A stretch of DNA of 64,000 bases from Obrimoposthia wandeli (taxonomy: Eukaryota). The stretch spans positions 186,001 to 250,000 of the forward strand of contig CDROCS010003961.1 of the NCBI GenBank assembly GCA_977020255.1, written 5' to 3'. Under the pieces are notes generated by a model. That model searched no databases and was not told the DNA's origin. It was given only the letters and a program-made list of their open reading frames with translations. How positions within the stretch are numbered: position 1 is the first letter of the stretch; every line of letters starts with the position of its first letter. Of the stretch, positions 51,292 through 64,000 are shown in pieces. The position numbers and the translations under genes are program-made.

Positions 51292-52597
51292 TGTTGAGGT
51301 TTATATATGAAGCTACTAAATAGATCCTCGGATGGAGGCCTCCAACGTGAGTTCTATAGCCATAGAGCTTGTAGTTGTTCGTGGCCTATTTAGATTTCTC
51401 TTACCTGTCTCAATTTCTAATCTGAAGGTTTTGTATGTGGCTTGGTATTGTGGAGATGTGTGAAGAATTGTGTGCACGGGGTACTGGAAAAATTCCCTTA
51501 GTGTGATGTAGTGTATGGTGGTTTGGTGCTCACCTGGTGGTATGGTTTTGTTCAATTCAAAACTGCTTAATTGTAGGATACTTTATTCTCTAAGCTCACA
51601 CTAACTAGGTTCTTGAAAATTGCAACAATTAGTCCTAAATACGTCACTAAAATTGACACAATGGGGATGTCTTACGTATCGATTTTAATCAGTCTTAAAA
51701 ATTTACTAGTTCTATACTCTTTATTTAAAAATGTAAACTCCTTTAGTCAAGAGTAACTTATCTTTAAATCAAATATAGTGTTTGTAACTTCAATTTTAAC
51801 AAGTCTCATGCTGCTTTTTCGAATCACTTCCAATTTTTATTAGTTCGAAATATCTCACTTTATATAACACAATTTCAGTCAACTTTCAACTTTATTTTCC
51901 AAAGAGTTCACACCGCTTACCTTGATCGACTGTTTTGATAGCTAAATGGAATCCTCGTCTGATCGTTTGTAGTCTGGATAATATGGCCTTGATCCGTAGT
52001 CATGCCCGTTCTTTGATTTATAGATTTTCTTCGCAGCTAATTTTCTGGTTCTTTTCAATCCAATTTTTTCCAATTTCAGCGTTGTCGATATCGTTTTTAT
52101 AAGGGCACTTTACAGCTGTAGAATCTGGCTCCTGTTAATGGCTATGGGATGAAATCACTAAAATGCACTTACGACTCGCTGCTTGCAATTAGTCGTAGAG
52201 TGCTGGCTGGATCGTTTCCCGATCTCAATGTATCCGAGTCTGGAATTAAGTGATCAGCTGTATCATTTGAATCATTTCTTACTTATTATTTCTTCTTAAT
52301 TGGATTTTTACTGTTTCTTTGAATTTCTTCTTGGCTTTCTTCGTATTAACTCCTTAATTAATTTTGTTTTTTCGTATTATTTCTTATCTCTTTTTGACCC
52401 TTAATAATTTTTTAAAATCTAATATATACTACACATCATACACTTGACCTCTTCAAGGTCCTGAAATATTTTTTAATTTTATTAGATTTAATTTTAAATT
52501 CTAATTCAATTTTATTTTTAACCTTGCTTTCAAGGTTTTATTTTCTTATATAAATAAATAATCATTTTTAAAAATTATTAAAATCCTTATCCTAACA
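51292..52597 (-). mobile_element. Solo LTR, family copy C (1306 bp), reverse orientation
   Basis: Reverse complement starts TGTTAGGATAAGG and ends AAACCTCAACA. Perfect 4-bp TSD ATGG (51288-51291, 52598-52601). Confidence 0.87.
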
Positions 52598-53899
52598 ATG
52601 GGATAAAAATAAAGCGTCTAACCGAAGAAAATATGAAATATTTTTTGATAATTAATATGTTTAATAAATAAACATAACTTTCCTTTAAAAACGGCATGAA
52701 AGTCTTTTACCTAGTCATTACTAATATCGATAATGTACATTAACTAAGATTGCATTTTATAGTTGAGGCCTTGATTATTCTTTATAAAAATTTTAAATTA
52801 GAAAGAGAATATTTTTCAATTTTTCAAATTTAAAACAAACATTATTTCATTATTTTTTCTTCGAATTTCAATGCATAAAATAACAAGCGTTAAATTTATT
52901 TTAGATCCTTTATTAATCAGTTTGAAATTTTTGATTTTTCAATACATATGATCTAATAATAACGTTTCCATTTAATCATATTTAATTTACGAAGTTTATA
53001 TTTATATTACCTTTCATTTTAGAACAAAAAACATTTTAAAAACAATTTTCCACTTTTTGTGTCATCTAACTGTAAATAAACTAAATTTTTAAATGATAAT
53101 GGATCAAAAAATAAGAAACCTAAGATTTTAATATTGTATTTTGATGATTTTATTTTACAAGCAAGAAGTAAAGAAATTGACATCACAAACCTATTCGCAA
53201 TTTAATTACAATTATTTCAACCATTAATATAAATAGTAAGATTTATTATCAATAACACTAATTAATTTTAATGAAGTCAGAAATGTTCAGATGAATGTTT
53301 ATCAGTTCTGATACATTATCGATATCCCCACTGTTGGTTTCAGTGCTGTTACATTGCGAGAATGTTCTGATATCGAAAATGAGACCACTTTATTCTATGG
53401 TAAAACCCAAAGTACCCCTTACAAGATCTCCTGCGAATCCGGATGTTTTGTTCGAACAAGATACATCATCCATTAAAGCAGTATCATTTCTGTTTCTGAC
53501 CCTAATGTAAGATCTTAAGGAGAATAAATGAATTGTTAACCAAGCGAAATGGAAGAAAAATAAGGTAAAGATATTTCAAATTTAAAAGCAGTTTCATAAC
53601 AGTTTCACAAAATGACATAATTAAACTAAATTTGAATAGCAGTTTGTGCTGTAAACCGGATTTTTCGTCACACACTAGTCGTGTAAATAGTTGGTTTTAG
53701 TTCCTTCTGAATTGACGGTGAATCCGTGGATTTGAATATTTAAAATCCGCCTCAGTTCAGTAAAAAACTTGTCTGTCACGCAATTATGATAGTCTTGAAT
53801 ATGTTAGCATCTCCTCGCGTGTGTCCAGTTTAATCTCCTTTAATCTCTCCCAGGACAAAAATAAGTAGGTTAAACTTATTTATTTTTTATTAGAAAAAC

Positions 53900-54453
53900 A
53901 AGATAAAATTTATTTAAAAAATGATAAAACATCATATTAGCTTCACTCAAAGTCCAAATCTTATCTTATCTTATTCCATATATCTTCATCTAAAATTGGA
54001 GCAATCATATAACCTAGGTCATCTCTAAAAGCCAGACTGGTATTAGTTTCACACTGGAAAGAATTTTCTTCGTATACATAACCAGGTATGTAAAATTCCA
54101 AAATATTTTTTAAATTGATTAATATCAGATGTTGTTATAATTTCAATTATATATTTATTTTCCACTTTTGATATTTTTACAGGTTTTAAAACTCGTATAA
54201 GTTGATGCCTCTTTAGTACATTACAGAGATTCCCTTTAAATTCTTTTCGGATAATAAAAAGTTTATATATATATTAGAAAAGGATCCATTCTAAAATAAA
54301 GAAACTGATTAAAAACAAAATGTTTATAATAAATATAATTTATTACATGCAGAAATATACAAATGAAAGAAACACATGCACGGTTTTAAAAGACAATGGT
54401 AGCCCCAGGGGAGAGGGGGAGGGGGTGGACTAGACCGGACATATCCACCTACT
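53900..54453 (-). mobile_element. Polinton end fragment: gene F homologue (minus strand) with its 5' end facing a TIR
   Basis: Reverse complement of 53930-54330 aligns with 28800-29270. The TIR ends GACTAGACCGGACATATCCACCTACT at 54453. Confidence 0.85.
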
Positions 54454-56522
54454 TACAGTATACTGCAGGTTCCTATGGGAATAAGGTAATTAAATTGATT
54501 TGGGCCAGTTTGAACGCTCTGCGTAGAGTTCTTAAGATTTACACATCTCGTTTTGTTATTATCGGACATATTTCAAGTTTTGTGGTAATATAAAAGCAAT
54601 CTAAATTAATAATAAGTCAATAAACAAATTTAAACAGAATTTATTAAAAAAATAAATACCCTTTATCTACAAGATTAGTGAATGAAAGAGGAAGTAAAAA
54701 TAATATTCACAAAAGTGAATCTTTCTTAATAATACGATAAAAAAGAACAGAGATAAGAGAAAAACCCCAAACAACAATTAACTGAAAGTTTCCATATTCG
54801 GTAAACTTTGCTTCTAGGTCGATTTTGAGCGTCATTTATTTCTTGAGAGTCAATGAACAATTTCGCGGTTTTCCTTAACTGTAATATTTAGAAGCCAGGA
54901 ATAAATAGAATCTGTTAATTACAGCAGATCGGTAGATGGAATGAACAACAAAGCATCATTAATAAACTTTTTTAGAAGAATTTTCTTAAAAGAAATTCAT
55001 GGGTGAAAAACATTAATTTCAGCTTGAGAAATATTATCCTAATTTTGACTGCATTCAAATTGTGCTAGCCAAGTAGGATTTAAATTTAAACTGTTGCAAT
55101 AAATATAAAAACAATGGAAATCGAAATAAATAAATATATAAATTATGTCACATTCAATTAAAAATGGTTTCTGAATAAATATTTATTCATTTTAATTTAA
55201 TGAAAAGATGTAAATTAAAATAAATTAAATGAAAAATAATTCAAAACTTAAAAGATAATTTTATTTTTATTTCTGTATCATTTATTGACAAGTATTTTTA
55301 AGTATAGTTAAAATTGATGTTGGTAAATCTTTGTCATTGTATTGAGGAACTTTTTGTCAAGTATGAAGTCCATATCTTGAGTGACGTTGTAAAACTTGCA
55401 GCAGTTAAAATTGATGTTGGTAAATCTTTTTCATTGTATTGAGGAACTTTTTTTTCATACACTTTCATATTGCATTTGTCTTAATTGATCGAAATAAGTT
55501 TCACTTTCTATACAAATAAACAAAATATTAAATGTATGGTATAAGTTATTTATTTGACGAAGACCAGTTTTGTGAGTATAATACATTTGAGTACAAATTG
55601 CATATATTATATGATGCTTTTAAGATGAAAAACGACATGATGAGACAATTGACAATTACCAGCTTGATGTTTGTGAAGCAATTAATCAGTATTCAGGAAG
55701 CGTGGTCTTTAAAAAAGACATTTTTATAACTATAAAGTTCCCATTTTATACAATTTCAAAAAATTTATATATTTGACAACTCATCAGTTTATTAATTAAT
55801 CTCAAAGAATTTATGGTTTCATAAAGAACCATGAGATAATATGTCATCTTTGGCCGTCTTTTTATCTTCGTGAAGCAAAGATGAGAAAACATTTAATGTC
55901 AGATTAGATTTTCCCGTAGGTTCAATCAAAGCGTTTTGATTCAAAAGAAAAATAAATCAGTTTATAAGCAGTCTTATATAATATTGCTTCAAGCCTAAAA
56001 ATCGTCGGGATAAGAAAGGAATAGTAATCGTAAGGTTGCTTTTTAAACATATTTATATTTATAATTTTTTTTTAAATTGTTGAATTGTCAATGAACATTG
56101 ACTTATTTATTTTAAATATTAGTAAAACATTTTATTTCAGTATCCAAACTCTCGTACTTGTTGGGTGTCCTGTTTATTGAATCATAATACAACCTTGCAT
56201 TGTTTTAATTGCGCATATTAGTTTGTATTTGAATACATAATTAATAATTCTTAAATCCACTGCTTTGATTTAACCCCCGAAATATAAAATTACTTTGTTA
56301 AAACTCAACAAAGATTTGTGTATGACTGAGAAGATAAATAAAAGATAAGGATAAAATCAGTAAACATTAGTCTAGAATATCACATCGTGGATGTTTTATA
56401 GCTTTCATATCTTAAAATATTACTTATATAAAAATAATTAATAAATAAAGGACTTTAATATTCATGTTAAAAATTCAGTTCAATAATGCAAAAAAAATTA
56501 TATCGTCTTTAATATTCTAAAG

Positions 56523-56726
56523 CAGCATTTTCCAAACATTTTGGAAGGAACTTCCGGAAAAAATAGAAAAGGTTTCGCGCTATCCTTTAAAAAAATTCTA
56601 ACGTAAAATATAGCTTTGTAAAATTATTGAACATTACTCTTTCGCACTACAGGAAAATTATATAAAAAACCTTTTGGACCCTTTTGGAAAATCAGGGGGT
56701 CGCACCCCACACTTTGGAAACCGCTG
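56523..56726. mobile_element. hAT-type MITE (204 bp)
   Basis: Termini CAGCATTTTCCAAA / TTTGGAAACCGCTG. 8-bp flanks TTCTAAAG/CTCTAAAC fit the NTCTARAN target. The same right end recurs at 35700-35727. Confidence 0.72.
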
Positions 56727-57489
56727 CTCTAAACTGCCAACATACACCATTTACTTAAATAAAATATTGAACAATCAAAATAAACACACAAAGAATTTAT
56801 CCTAAAGTCGATTCATCAATCTTTATCATATAAATATAAAAGGTTCATAATATTAAATTGACTACAAATTTGAATTTGAATTTTTAACTTATTTAAAAAA
56901 TAATCCGAAAAATTTTAAAAACTTACATTAGTTGGCATAAGTATGGTTATTCACACCCAAATAAATTAAAAATAATCATTTACAAAAACTGTTAAAACAG
57001 CCGATATTATATGAAATACTACATAAATTTAATAAAATATTATTAATAAAGAAATATGTACATTAAAAAAGTATTATTTAAATTTTTTTAAAGTTAAAAG
57101 TAGTCAAATTAATAGAATTAATTAATTTATTTATAAAATTATTATGAACAATGAACCTTAAGAAGTTGTAAAACATATAATTTTTAAATTACGTATTAAT
57201 ATATATATTTATATAAGTAACTTTAATAATTTTCAAGTTAGAGTGGCTCTAAAATGATTTTTTTTCATATATAAATTATTAAAGTTATTTATATATACAT
57301 AATTAATTAGGTTTTAACAACAAGCAGTTTTACAAAAACCTTTCTTTGGACATCTGTAAATTGTTTTCAATGTTTAGAAGTTTTATAAATATATTAAAAT
57401 TTATTTGTTTTTATAGTTATAATATATTTAATTATTATTCTATTAATTTTAATGTTTAATATTTCAAAGTAACAAAATTAATAAATAAA

Positions 57490-57591
57490 TATTTTAACAA
57501 TGAAAACTTGGAACTAAATTAGGCATTTTTAATTGGTTTACTGACCAATTAAAAATACCTAATTTAGTTCCAAGTTTTCATTGTTAAAATA
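57490..57591. repeat. Inverted repeat with 48-bp arms and a 6-nt loop
   Basis: 57490-57537 versus 57544-57591, one mismatch. Confidence 0.95.
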
Positions 57592-58637
57592 ATCAAAATA
57601 AGCAAATTATGGGAAAAACATTCTTTAAGCCACTTTTTAATCCAAATAAATAATCCTTTAAAACGAAGTAAATTGAGATTTCGTTTGATAAAATTTTACA
57701 GTAGTAGTCTGATTAGGGATCTGCATCCATCATTAATAACTTTCTAATTTAAATATTATAAAAATCGTTCCTATTATCAAATTCCATTTAAGATTTCTTG
57801 CTTTGTTAGTAATACAGTATTTCTGAAATACTACGAGTTTTGTTTTAATTCAAACTGATGTTACTGATGACAACTTTAATTTGAAAATTTATATTGTCTA
57901 AGATAGGGCTTTTAAATAAAAAAAAGTATCTTTACATAATAATTATTAATTCTACTTTAACAAAGTATTCAAATAAAAGTAAATAATTTATGATGAATTG
58001 AGTGTTTTATGATTCTTATCATTTTATGTATTCAAAATTAATAAGCGATGAATCGTAAACCTTAAAAAGTAAATTATTACTGTAAATTACACATTTCAGT
58101 TGCAAATCATGAAAATTGAATAAAATATAATATTTTTGGAAACCTCTTATACCTTAAACTTGTTAAATATTTACTTCGTTTAAAATAACCTAGAAATAAT
58201 ACTAAAACAATAACTTGCAGTCATTCCAAAATACTCTGTAAAGTTCATTTGAAGAAATAATTATATTTTATCACTATTTTATCAATACATGTTTTGATTT
58301 TTATTAACAGATTTATTTTTATGTCATTAACGTCATTCTTGAAAAGATAAAAATATAAATATTTTATGCACATCCAAATAATTTCTAAATATATTCAAAA
58401 TACTCATTACGATTTGAAAAAATTCTTTATTCCTTCAATTAATTTCAACAAGAAATGTCGAATTTTAAGTGTCTTCTTTACTTGATTAGAGCCAATATTG
58501 CAATCACTTAGAAATAATGATTTTTTAGATATTTTATTTTTTTAAATCCAATAAAGATAAAAGAATACTGTTTATTATAAATACTTTAAAACATATGAAA
58601 AAGCTAAAACACAATCTTCCTATACATTACATATTAT

Positions 58638-58845
58638 CTTATGACATAACATTGATATGACACAGCTTCGGTATGACACAACGTCGATATGATACAGCCT
58701 CGATATGATACAACCTCCATATGATACAACATCGATATAATATAACATCGATATGACACAATCTCCATATGACACAATCTCCATATGATACAAAGTCGAT
58801 ATGATACAGCCTCGATATGATATACTCTCGATATAAGACAGCCTC
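58638..58845. repeat. 16-bp minisatellite (about 13 copies, GATATGATACAGCCTC consensus)
   Basis: Visible tandem units. Lies about 25 bp into the intron after the 58870 exon donor. Confidence 0.9.
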
Positions 58846-58869
58846 ATTATAACACAAACATGTACTCAC

Positions 58870-58960
58870 TGTGTAAAGCAATGCCTCGCCAGCCACGTGA
58901 TCATAGTCTGCAATCGTTGAGAGAACACTGAGAATCAGACACATCAGCACTGATCCAAAT
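58870..58960 (-). CDS. KCNQ: KCNQ exon (S1 and S1-S2 loop): FGSVLMCLILSVLSTIADYDHVAGEALLYT
   Basis: 91-bp exon with cttcag| acceptor and |gtgagt donor, phase 2/0. Same size and phase as KCNQ2 exon 2. Splices in frame to 17855. Exon 1 was not found in the window. Confidence 0.93.
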
Positions 58961-60841
58961 CTGAAGCATTTAACAATTATCAATGGATATTTCTATGCAT
59001 TATATATATCAGTTATTAAGCGTTTGAACTGACTTAGTCATTGTGCCAGAACAATATGCACAATGGTCGTGAATTGAGAGAACGTTTAGGTATATAATTT
59101 GTACTTTTCCCTAACAAAAATGAAACACAAACGAAACAAACGAAAATCCTAATTTTTAGTAATACGATGAAATTTGTATGATCCTGAAGAAACCAAACTA
59201 GATTAATCTAAATTGACTAATACAATTTATTTATAGAACTATTTGAAAATTAATAATTGGGTACATGAAAGTACAGTTAAACATGTATAGTGCGAATCGA
59301 TATTTTGAATTTTTTTTATTGTATACCCCTTTTTCAAATTCACATATTTATATATTGATAAAACTATAAGCTTGTGAATTGGTGAAAATTAAGTTGAACT
59401 ATCTGAAGATTTATAAAGTGTTAAGATAACTATTTAATAAAATTCAATTACTGACTATTATAAGTCTATAATCCCCATTTAGAAATTCTTAGAGCGGTTA
59501 TTTCAATCTATAATAGTTCAGTGGTAGAATGTGATACTTTGTAGTAGTGAGACTCGTTATTCAACTAATTTTCTCATGAACCTAACAAAAGTATTTTCTA
59601 ATAAAATAAAATTTAAGTATATTTTGAAACATATTTAAATAAATATATTTAATATTAAGTTACAAATATCTTTGTAAATACGAACATATTCACTTTCTTG
59701 ATATGGTCATTATACAAACCAAACTAAGTACTTATATTTTCAAAAATGTTAAATTACTAACATAAATAATTGTAAATAATTGTAAACCCGACGAAAGTTT
59801 TGCAGTGTCCACTTGACAAAATATTAATCCGAAAATATCAACCTGAATATATAAAAATAACTTCAAATATTGAAACGTAGCTCTCCATTATTTTTAGCGA
59901 TCACCAGTCATTTCCTTCATTTATTAATTTGAAATTGACGATTGAAAATTTAATGTATTTCTAACTGTTAGCTGATTAAAGAAATAACTGATAATTGACT
60001 ATTGATAGTTTAATTAGATATTATTGCTAAAAATACCTCAGTTAAACGACGAAGAAATGAAATTTTATATTATAATTATATATGTTATTATACGTCTCTA
60101 GCATTATTTTGTGTATTATGTAAATCCTGAATAAAAGTTTTCTACTAAAATACAATTTTACATTAAAATATTCGAATACATTGATTTTTTTAAAATGTTA
60201 TCAAATCGTATGTTGGTGTATTAAAAAGAGAATTTTATATTTAATCGGTAGCCAATGCATTTTTAAAATATATATTGTTTTATGCCAACGGATCTTAGAT
60301 ATATTCAGTGAATGATAATTAGGTTTTTAGCTAATTATTTATATCTATGTACACCAATAAAATACTCAAATTCTAATCTCAATAAACAGTCAACAAAATC
60401 CTTGGAAGTATTTCAGTTTGTAAAAAATCTCAATTAATCACCAAATGTAAAAATAAAATGTCCCAAAATCTGTAATCAGATTGAATCTTGATATTGACTT
60501 TGGCATTCCGCTGCCTCGACAACTAATGTACCTGAATTCTGGCATAAATTCGATACAAATTGTCTTTCTTTGATCTCGTTACAATTTGCTTCACATATAT
60601 CGCTACTTGGAATCGCTTTTTATTGGATATAATGATAATCCTGCTGAGTAAAGGTGACAATAAGTTCATCTTTCGAAAATCTTTATCCTAATCAATTATC
60701 AAACCATAATGGCTTCGTTTACAACTTTTACTACACAATAATTCAACACATCTTGGAGGAACGGGTTAAAAGTGCTTTTTTTATAAATGAATTTTTGGCC
60801 CGATCAAGCTTTATATGGAATGTGAATCCGGACAATAATCA

Positions 60842-61045
60842 TAGGCGGATGTATCCAGTCTAATCCACTCCCTCCTCCATGGGGTAACCCTGTCCTTTAA
60901 AATCGTGCATGTACGTGGAGTAAAATTCCATGCATGTGTGACAGGTTAAATCTACGCCAACCCCGTGGTGGATGAGGTAGATTTAACCGGACAACATGTA
61001 CGGAATTTCACTCCACACACATGCACGATTTTATAGGACAGGAGT
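60842..61045 (+). mobile_element. Orphan Polinton left end forming an imperfect long fold-back
   Basis: TAGGCGGATGTATCCAGTCTAATCCAC (TIR variant). 60889-60954 pairs imperfectly with about 60977-61042 around a 22-nt loop. Confidence 0.8.
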
Positions 61046-62142
61046 GCTCACCCAAATTCACTAAATTATTTTTATTTTCAACAACACTATCACAAACTAG
61101 GATACATCGACCAACAAAATTATCAATTTTTCAACTCAAAACATCGACATCTAACAGCTAAGCACGCTTCCACACACAAGCACATGAAAGTACAGAAAAT
61201 ATTTGGTACCAATTGACCAATCGCAAAATCCATGTGAATACGTGATTCAGCCAAATAATTCATATCTTCACCAATTTGTGCTATTAGTACAATTTCAATG
61301 GATTATAAAAGTATTTAACTTGAATAATTTAGTAAATTGTAATTTTATATGTTGTGATTAATTATATTATCAAAATCTATAATAATTTTTAATGTTATTA
61401 TATTAGCTTTCAATTTAAAAAAAACTTAACATTATTTTTGAATAAGACAATATACATAAATTTTGGAATAGTCAGGCAGGGTTTCCATATTTTTAAAATT
61501 GTAATGCAGTTTATATATCAAAATATTAATATGAATGTACTTTTTTAAACGTTATATTTTCAATACAATAATATTAATCACATAGTATTAGTTTTTAAGT
61601 GGTAATTCTTTTTTTAACGTTTTCTTTGAAAATCTTTAAAACAATAGTCACAAATATAATCATTGTTACATTTGTTATTGCTATATATATTTAAAATCAT
61701 TTTAAAAATTGGTATCTGGCATCTGATATGATGCAACAAAATTATTTTTAATGTACACATTATGTATATATGTGGGGTATATTAAGAGAACTGGTTAAAT
61801 CATACTAAAATGTGGCTATTTGAATGACAACAAATTAAAGTATTCCATTTGTTAACATAAGAAGTGAGTCAGATTTAGATGTCTTGACAGATAATATATC
61901 AAATAGTTATTAACTTTATATTTTAAAGGCATAAAATCAAAATACAAAACCAATTTACCAATCGATTTATTTAATTATACATTTAAAAATCATCACTACA
62001 TCAATAACCTCATCTCCTACAGCACCCATTTAAAACAAACCCTCAACAAAAATATTATGGTTAATCCCACTTTCACACATAACCGCAATCCACACAACTC
62101 ACACAATATATCAATAAAATCGTTACAATCGACATATGCTAA

Positions 62143-62200
62143 CCAATCACAATCAGGCAGTAAATAACCGGCCCAGATGACGTCATCGCATATGACGTCA
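62143..62200. promoter_or_regulatory. CCAAT box plus two full CRE palindromes
   Basis: CCAATCAC at 62143. TGACGTCA at 62178 and 62193. Confidence 0.4.
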
Positions 62201-62793
62201 CAACACTTTATTTATATTATTTTATCCAATTAAAATTGAAGATAAACGAAATATACAAGAAAAAATATGTTATTTAAAATTGATCCTTATTTGAAATATT
62301 TTCAAACTAAAATTGTCATTTCTAACTTTTGTTTGGATTAAATTTAAACAAGTAACAACTTACAAATACCAGGTATTAATTAAATACAAAATATTATATT
62401 TCGAAACTAATAAAAATATATCTACATCAATTTAAAACCAGATTTTGACAATTTAATGAAACTATATTCCTTATTAATTAGAGAATCTCTAACATATGGC
62501 GACCTACTGTTTGTATGCATGTATCTAAGACTTGATATTCACAGAAAAGAAGCTAATTACTTTCTAAACAACAATAAGATAAAAGTTTACACAAACAGTT
62601 TACTTCTTCTAGATAAGTACAAAGAAATAAAATAAGAACAATTCTTAAAATTAAATATTTTAATCATCTTAATGCACATTTTTATATTCTAAAACTCCCG
62701 ACAGAAATAAATGTTGAATAATTCTCCTATAGTTTACGAAAAAAAATTTAATGTTTAAATTCTTAATGATGCCGATATTTTTCTAATTGGTTA

Positions 62794-63974
62794 TAAGGTT
62801 ATGCAACTTTTTTCTCCTTTCTAAAATCGTCTTAGAAAGCTTATGATACAACTTATTTAATTTTTTTGGCTTCCTAACCAATTTATTTACGCAACTTACT
62901 TATCAAGAATTTTTAAATGCCTCATCAAAATAGCAAAAATATGCGAAGGACCATCCTAAAGAATTTATTGTAACATCAAAAGGAGATTTTTTTGTCAGTT
63001 ATGTAACCAAATCATCACGTATTCATTGGCCGTCTTGACACACTAGAAAATAAACATATTTATTGAAATTTACACCGCTAAATGAAAATTGCAACCAATT
63101 TACAATTATCCACGCTGTTGATGATGTTGTAATGCAAATAAAATCGAATAGATTTAACTTTGTTCTTCTATTAACCGACGCTGCTCGTTACATGACATCA
63201 GCTGGTTTGGCACTTAAGCACATTTATCCAAAGTTATTCCATGTATCTTGCATTGCTCATTTGCTTCACAATTGTGCTGAAAAGGTCCGAGCATTTTTCT
63301 CAAGGGTTGATGAAATTATTGCCAGAGTTAAAGCGGCCACTGTGAAATGCGGGCGTCGACGAGAAGAGTTTTCTTCCATATGTTATCATCCACAACCTAT
63401 TCCCACTCGCTGGGTATCTTGGCTAGAAGCTTCATTTTACTATTCCGATAATTTGCCCTTTGTTAGGGAAGTTGTAGGCCGCTGAAAAGGTGATGAACTC
63501 ATAATCAGCCATGCGATTTCATCTGTCAATGCAGCGAACCTTCCTCGCGATCTGCTTCATATTAAAATATGTTATGAATGTTTGGCAAAATTAGTGGTCA
63601 AATGCAAGTCAACTACTTACAGCATTCGGGAAGCTTGGGTTGATCCATTCTTTAAACTTTGATGAAGACCCTTGCAATATTCGAAAATATGTAAATTCTC
63701 GGATCATCAAGAATAGCGGATTCAACGATATAATGACGATGAATCGAGGTGAGATTTCACCGTCATCGTACGAGCTTCTGCAGTCCTGTCAACCAACATC
63801 TGCATCGGTGGAACGGAGTTTTTTTTTTCAATGTCATCAAATGACCACAAATGTTTGTTCCATCAAATGTGTAAAAATACCTAATTTTTTTACATAATAA
63901 GAAATATAAATGTTTTGTTGTTGTTCTGAAAGCGATTAATCTGAAAATATTGAATTTTGTAAGCATAGTACTTA
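62794..63974 (+). mobile_element. hAT-superfamily transposon remnant (CGGBP1-like Zn finger plus RNase H-like core); boundaries tentative
   Basis: AKDHPKEF...FCQLCNQ, LLTDAARYM, YPKLFHVSCIAHLLHN, P.PIPTRWVSWLEA..YY, PTSASVERSF. Internal deletion and frameshifts. Weak TIR-like ends. Confidence 0.8.
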
Positions 63975-64000
63975 AATGAATAAATGATTAAAAATAAAAT

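Noticed and set aside
58620-58869. Cys/Tyr-rich ORF extensions (58620-58847 and the tail of 58639-58983)
   Set aside because: They are translation of the 16-bp minisatellite, beyond the GTGAGT donor of the true exon.
59510-59580. tRNA-like sequence (TAGTTCAGTGGTAGA), also at 30900
   Set aside because: Only the A box is convincing and there is no acceptor stem or cloverleaf, so at most a decayed SINE head.
59000-64000. KCNQ exon 1 (LERP...YH motif)
   Set aside because: Not found by eye; probably beyond the right edge of the window.

Overview
Very AT-rich animal genomic DNA. A protostome source is supported by the KCNQ sequence; a planarian-like flatworm is an inference only. The window lies inside one minus-strand host gene, a KCNQ (Kv7) voltage-gated K+ channel. 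Four exons were found by hand (58870-58960, 17729-17855, 11051-11226, 1863-1988). Their sizes (91/127/176/126 bp) and phases match KCNQ2-type exons 2-5, and they are separated by introns of about 41, 6.5 and 9 kb. The introns are packed with transposons. (1) A TSD-bounded 9,295-bp Polinton/Maverick-type element (20440-29734, 6-bp TSD ATCATA) carries a 5'-truncated protein-primed PolB, an adenain protease and a packaging-ATPase stump, with no recognisable integrase or capsid. It also carries several unknown genes with 40-75-bp spliceosomal introns and a phased array of AP-1, nuclear-receptor and E2F-like sites. Five more terminal fragments of this family are present, two of them folded back into palindromes. 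(2) A TSD-bounded BEL/Pao LTR retrotransposon (43137-47788) has its gag region replaced by an intronless HSP110 fragment. (3) Four related solo LTRs with 4-bp TSDs, an internally deleted Ginger/KRBA2-like transposon, mariner, piggyBac and hAT remnants, hAT MITEs, minisatellites and a 48-bp-arm hairpin. No rRNA, true tRNA or CRISPR was seen. All protein family calls are from motif recognition by eye; no searches were run.
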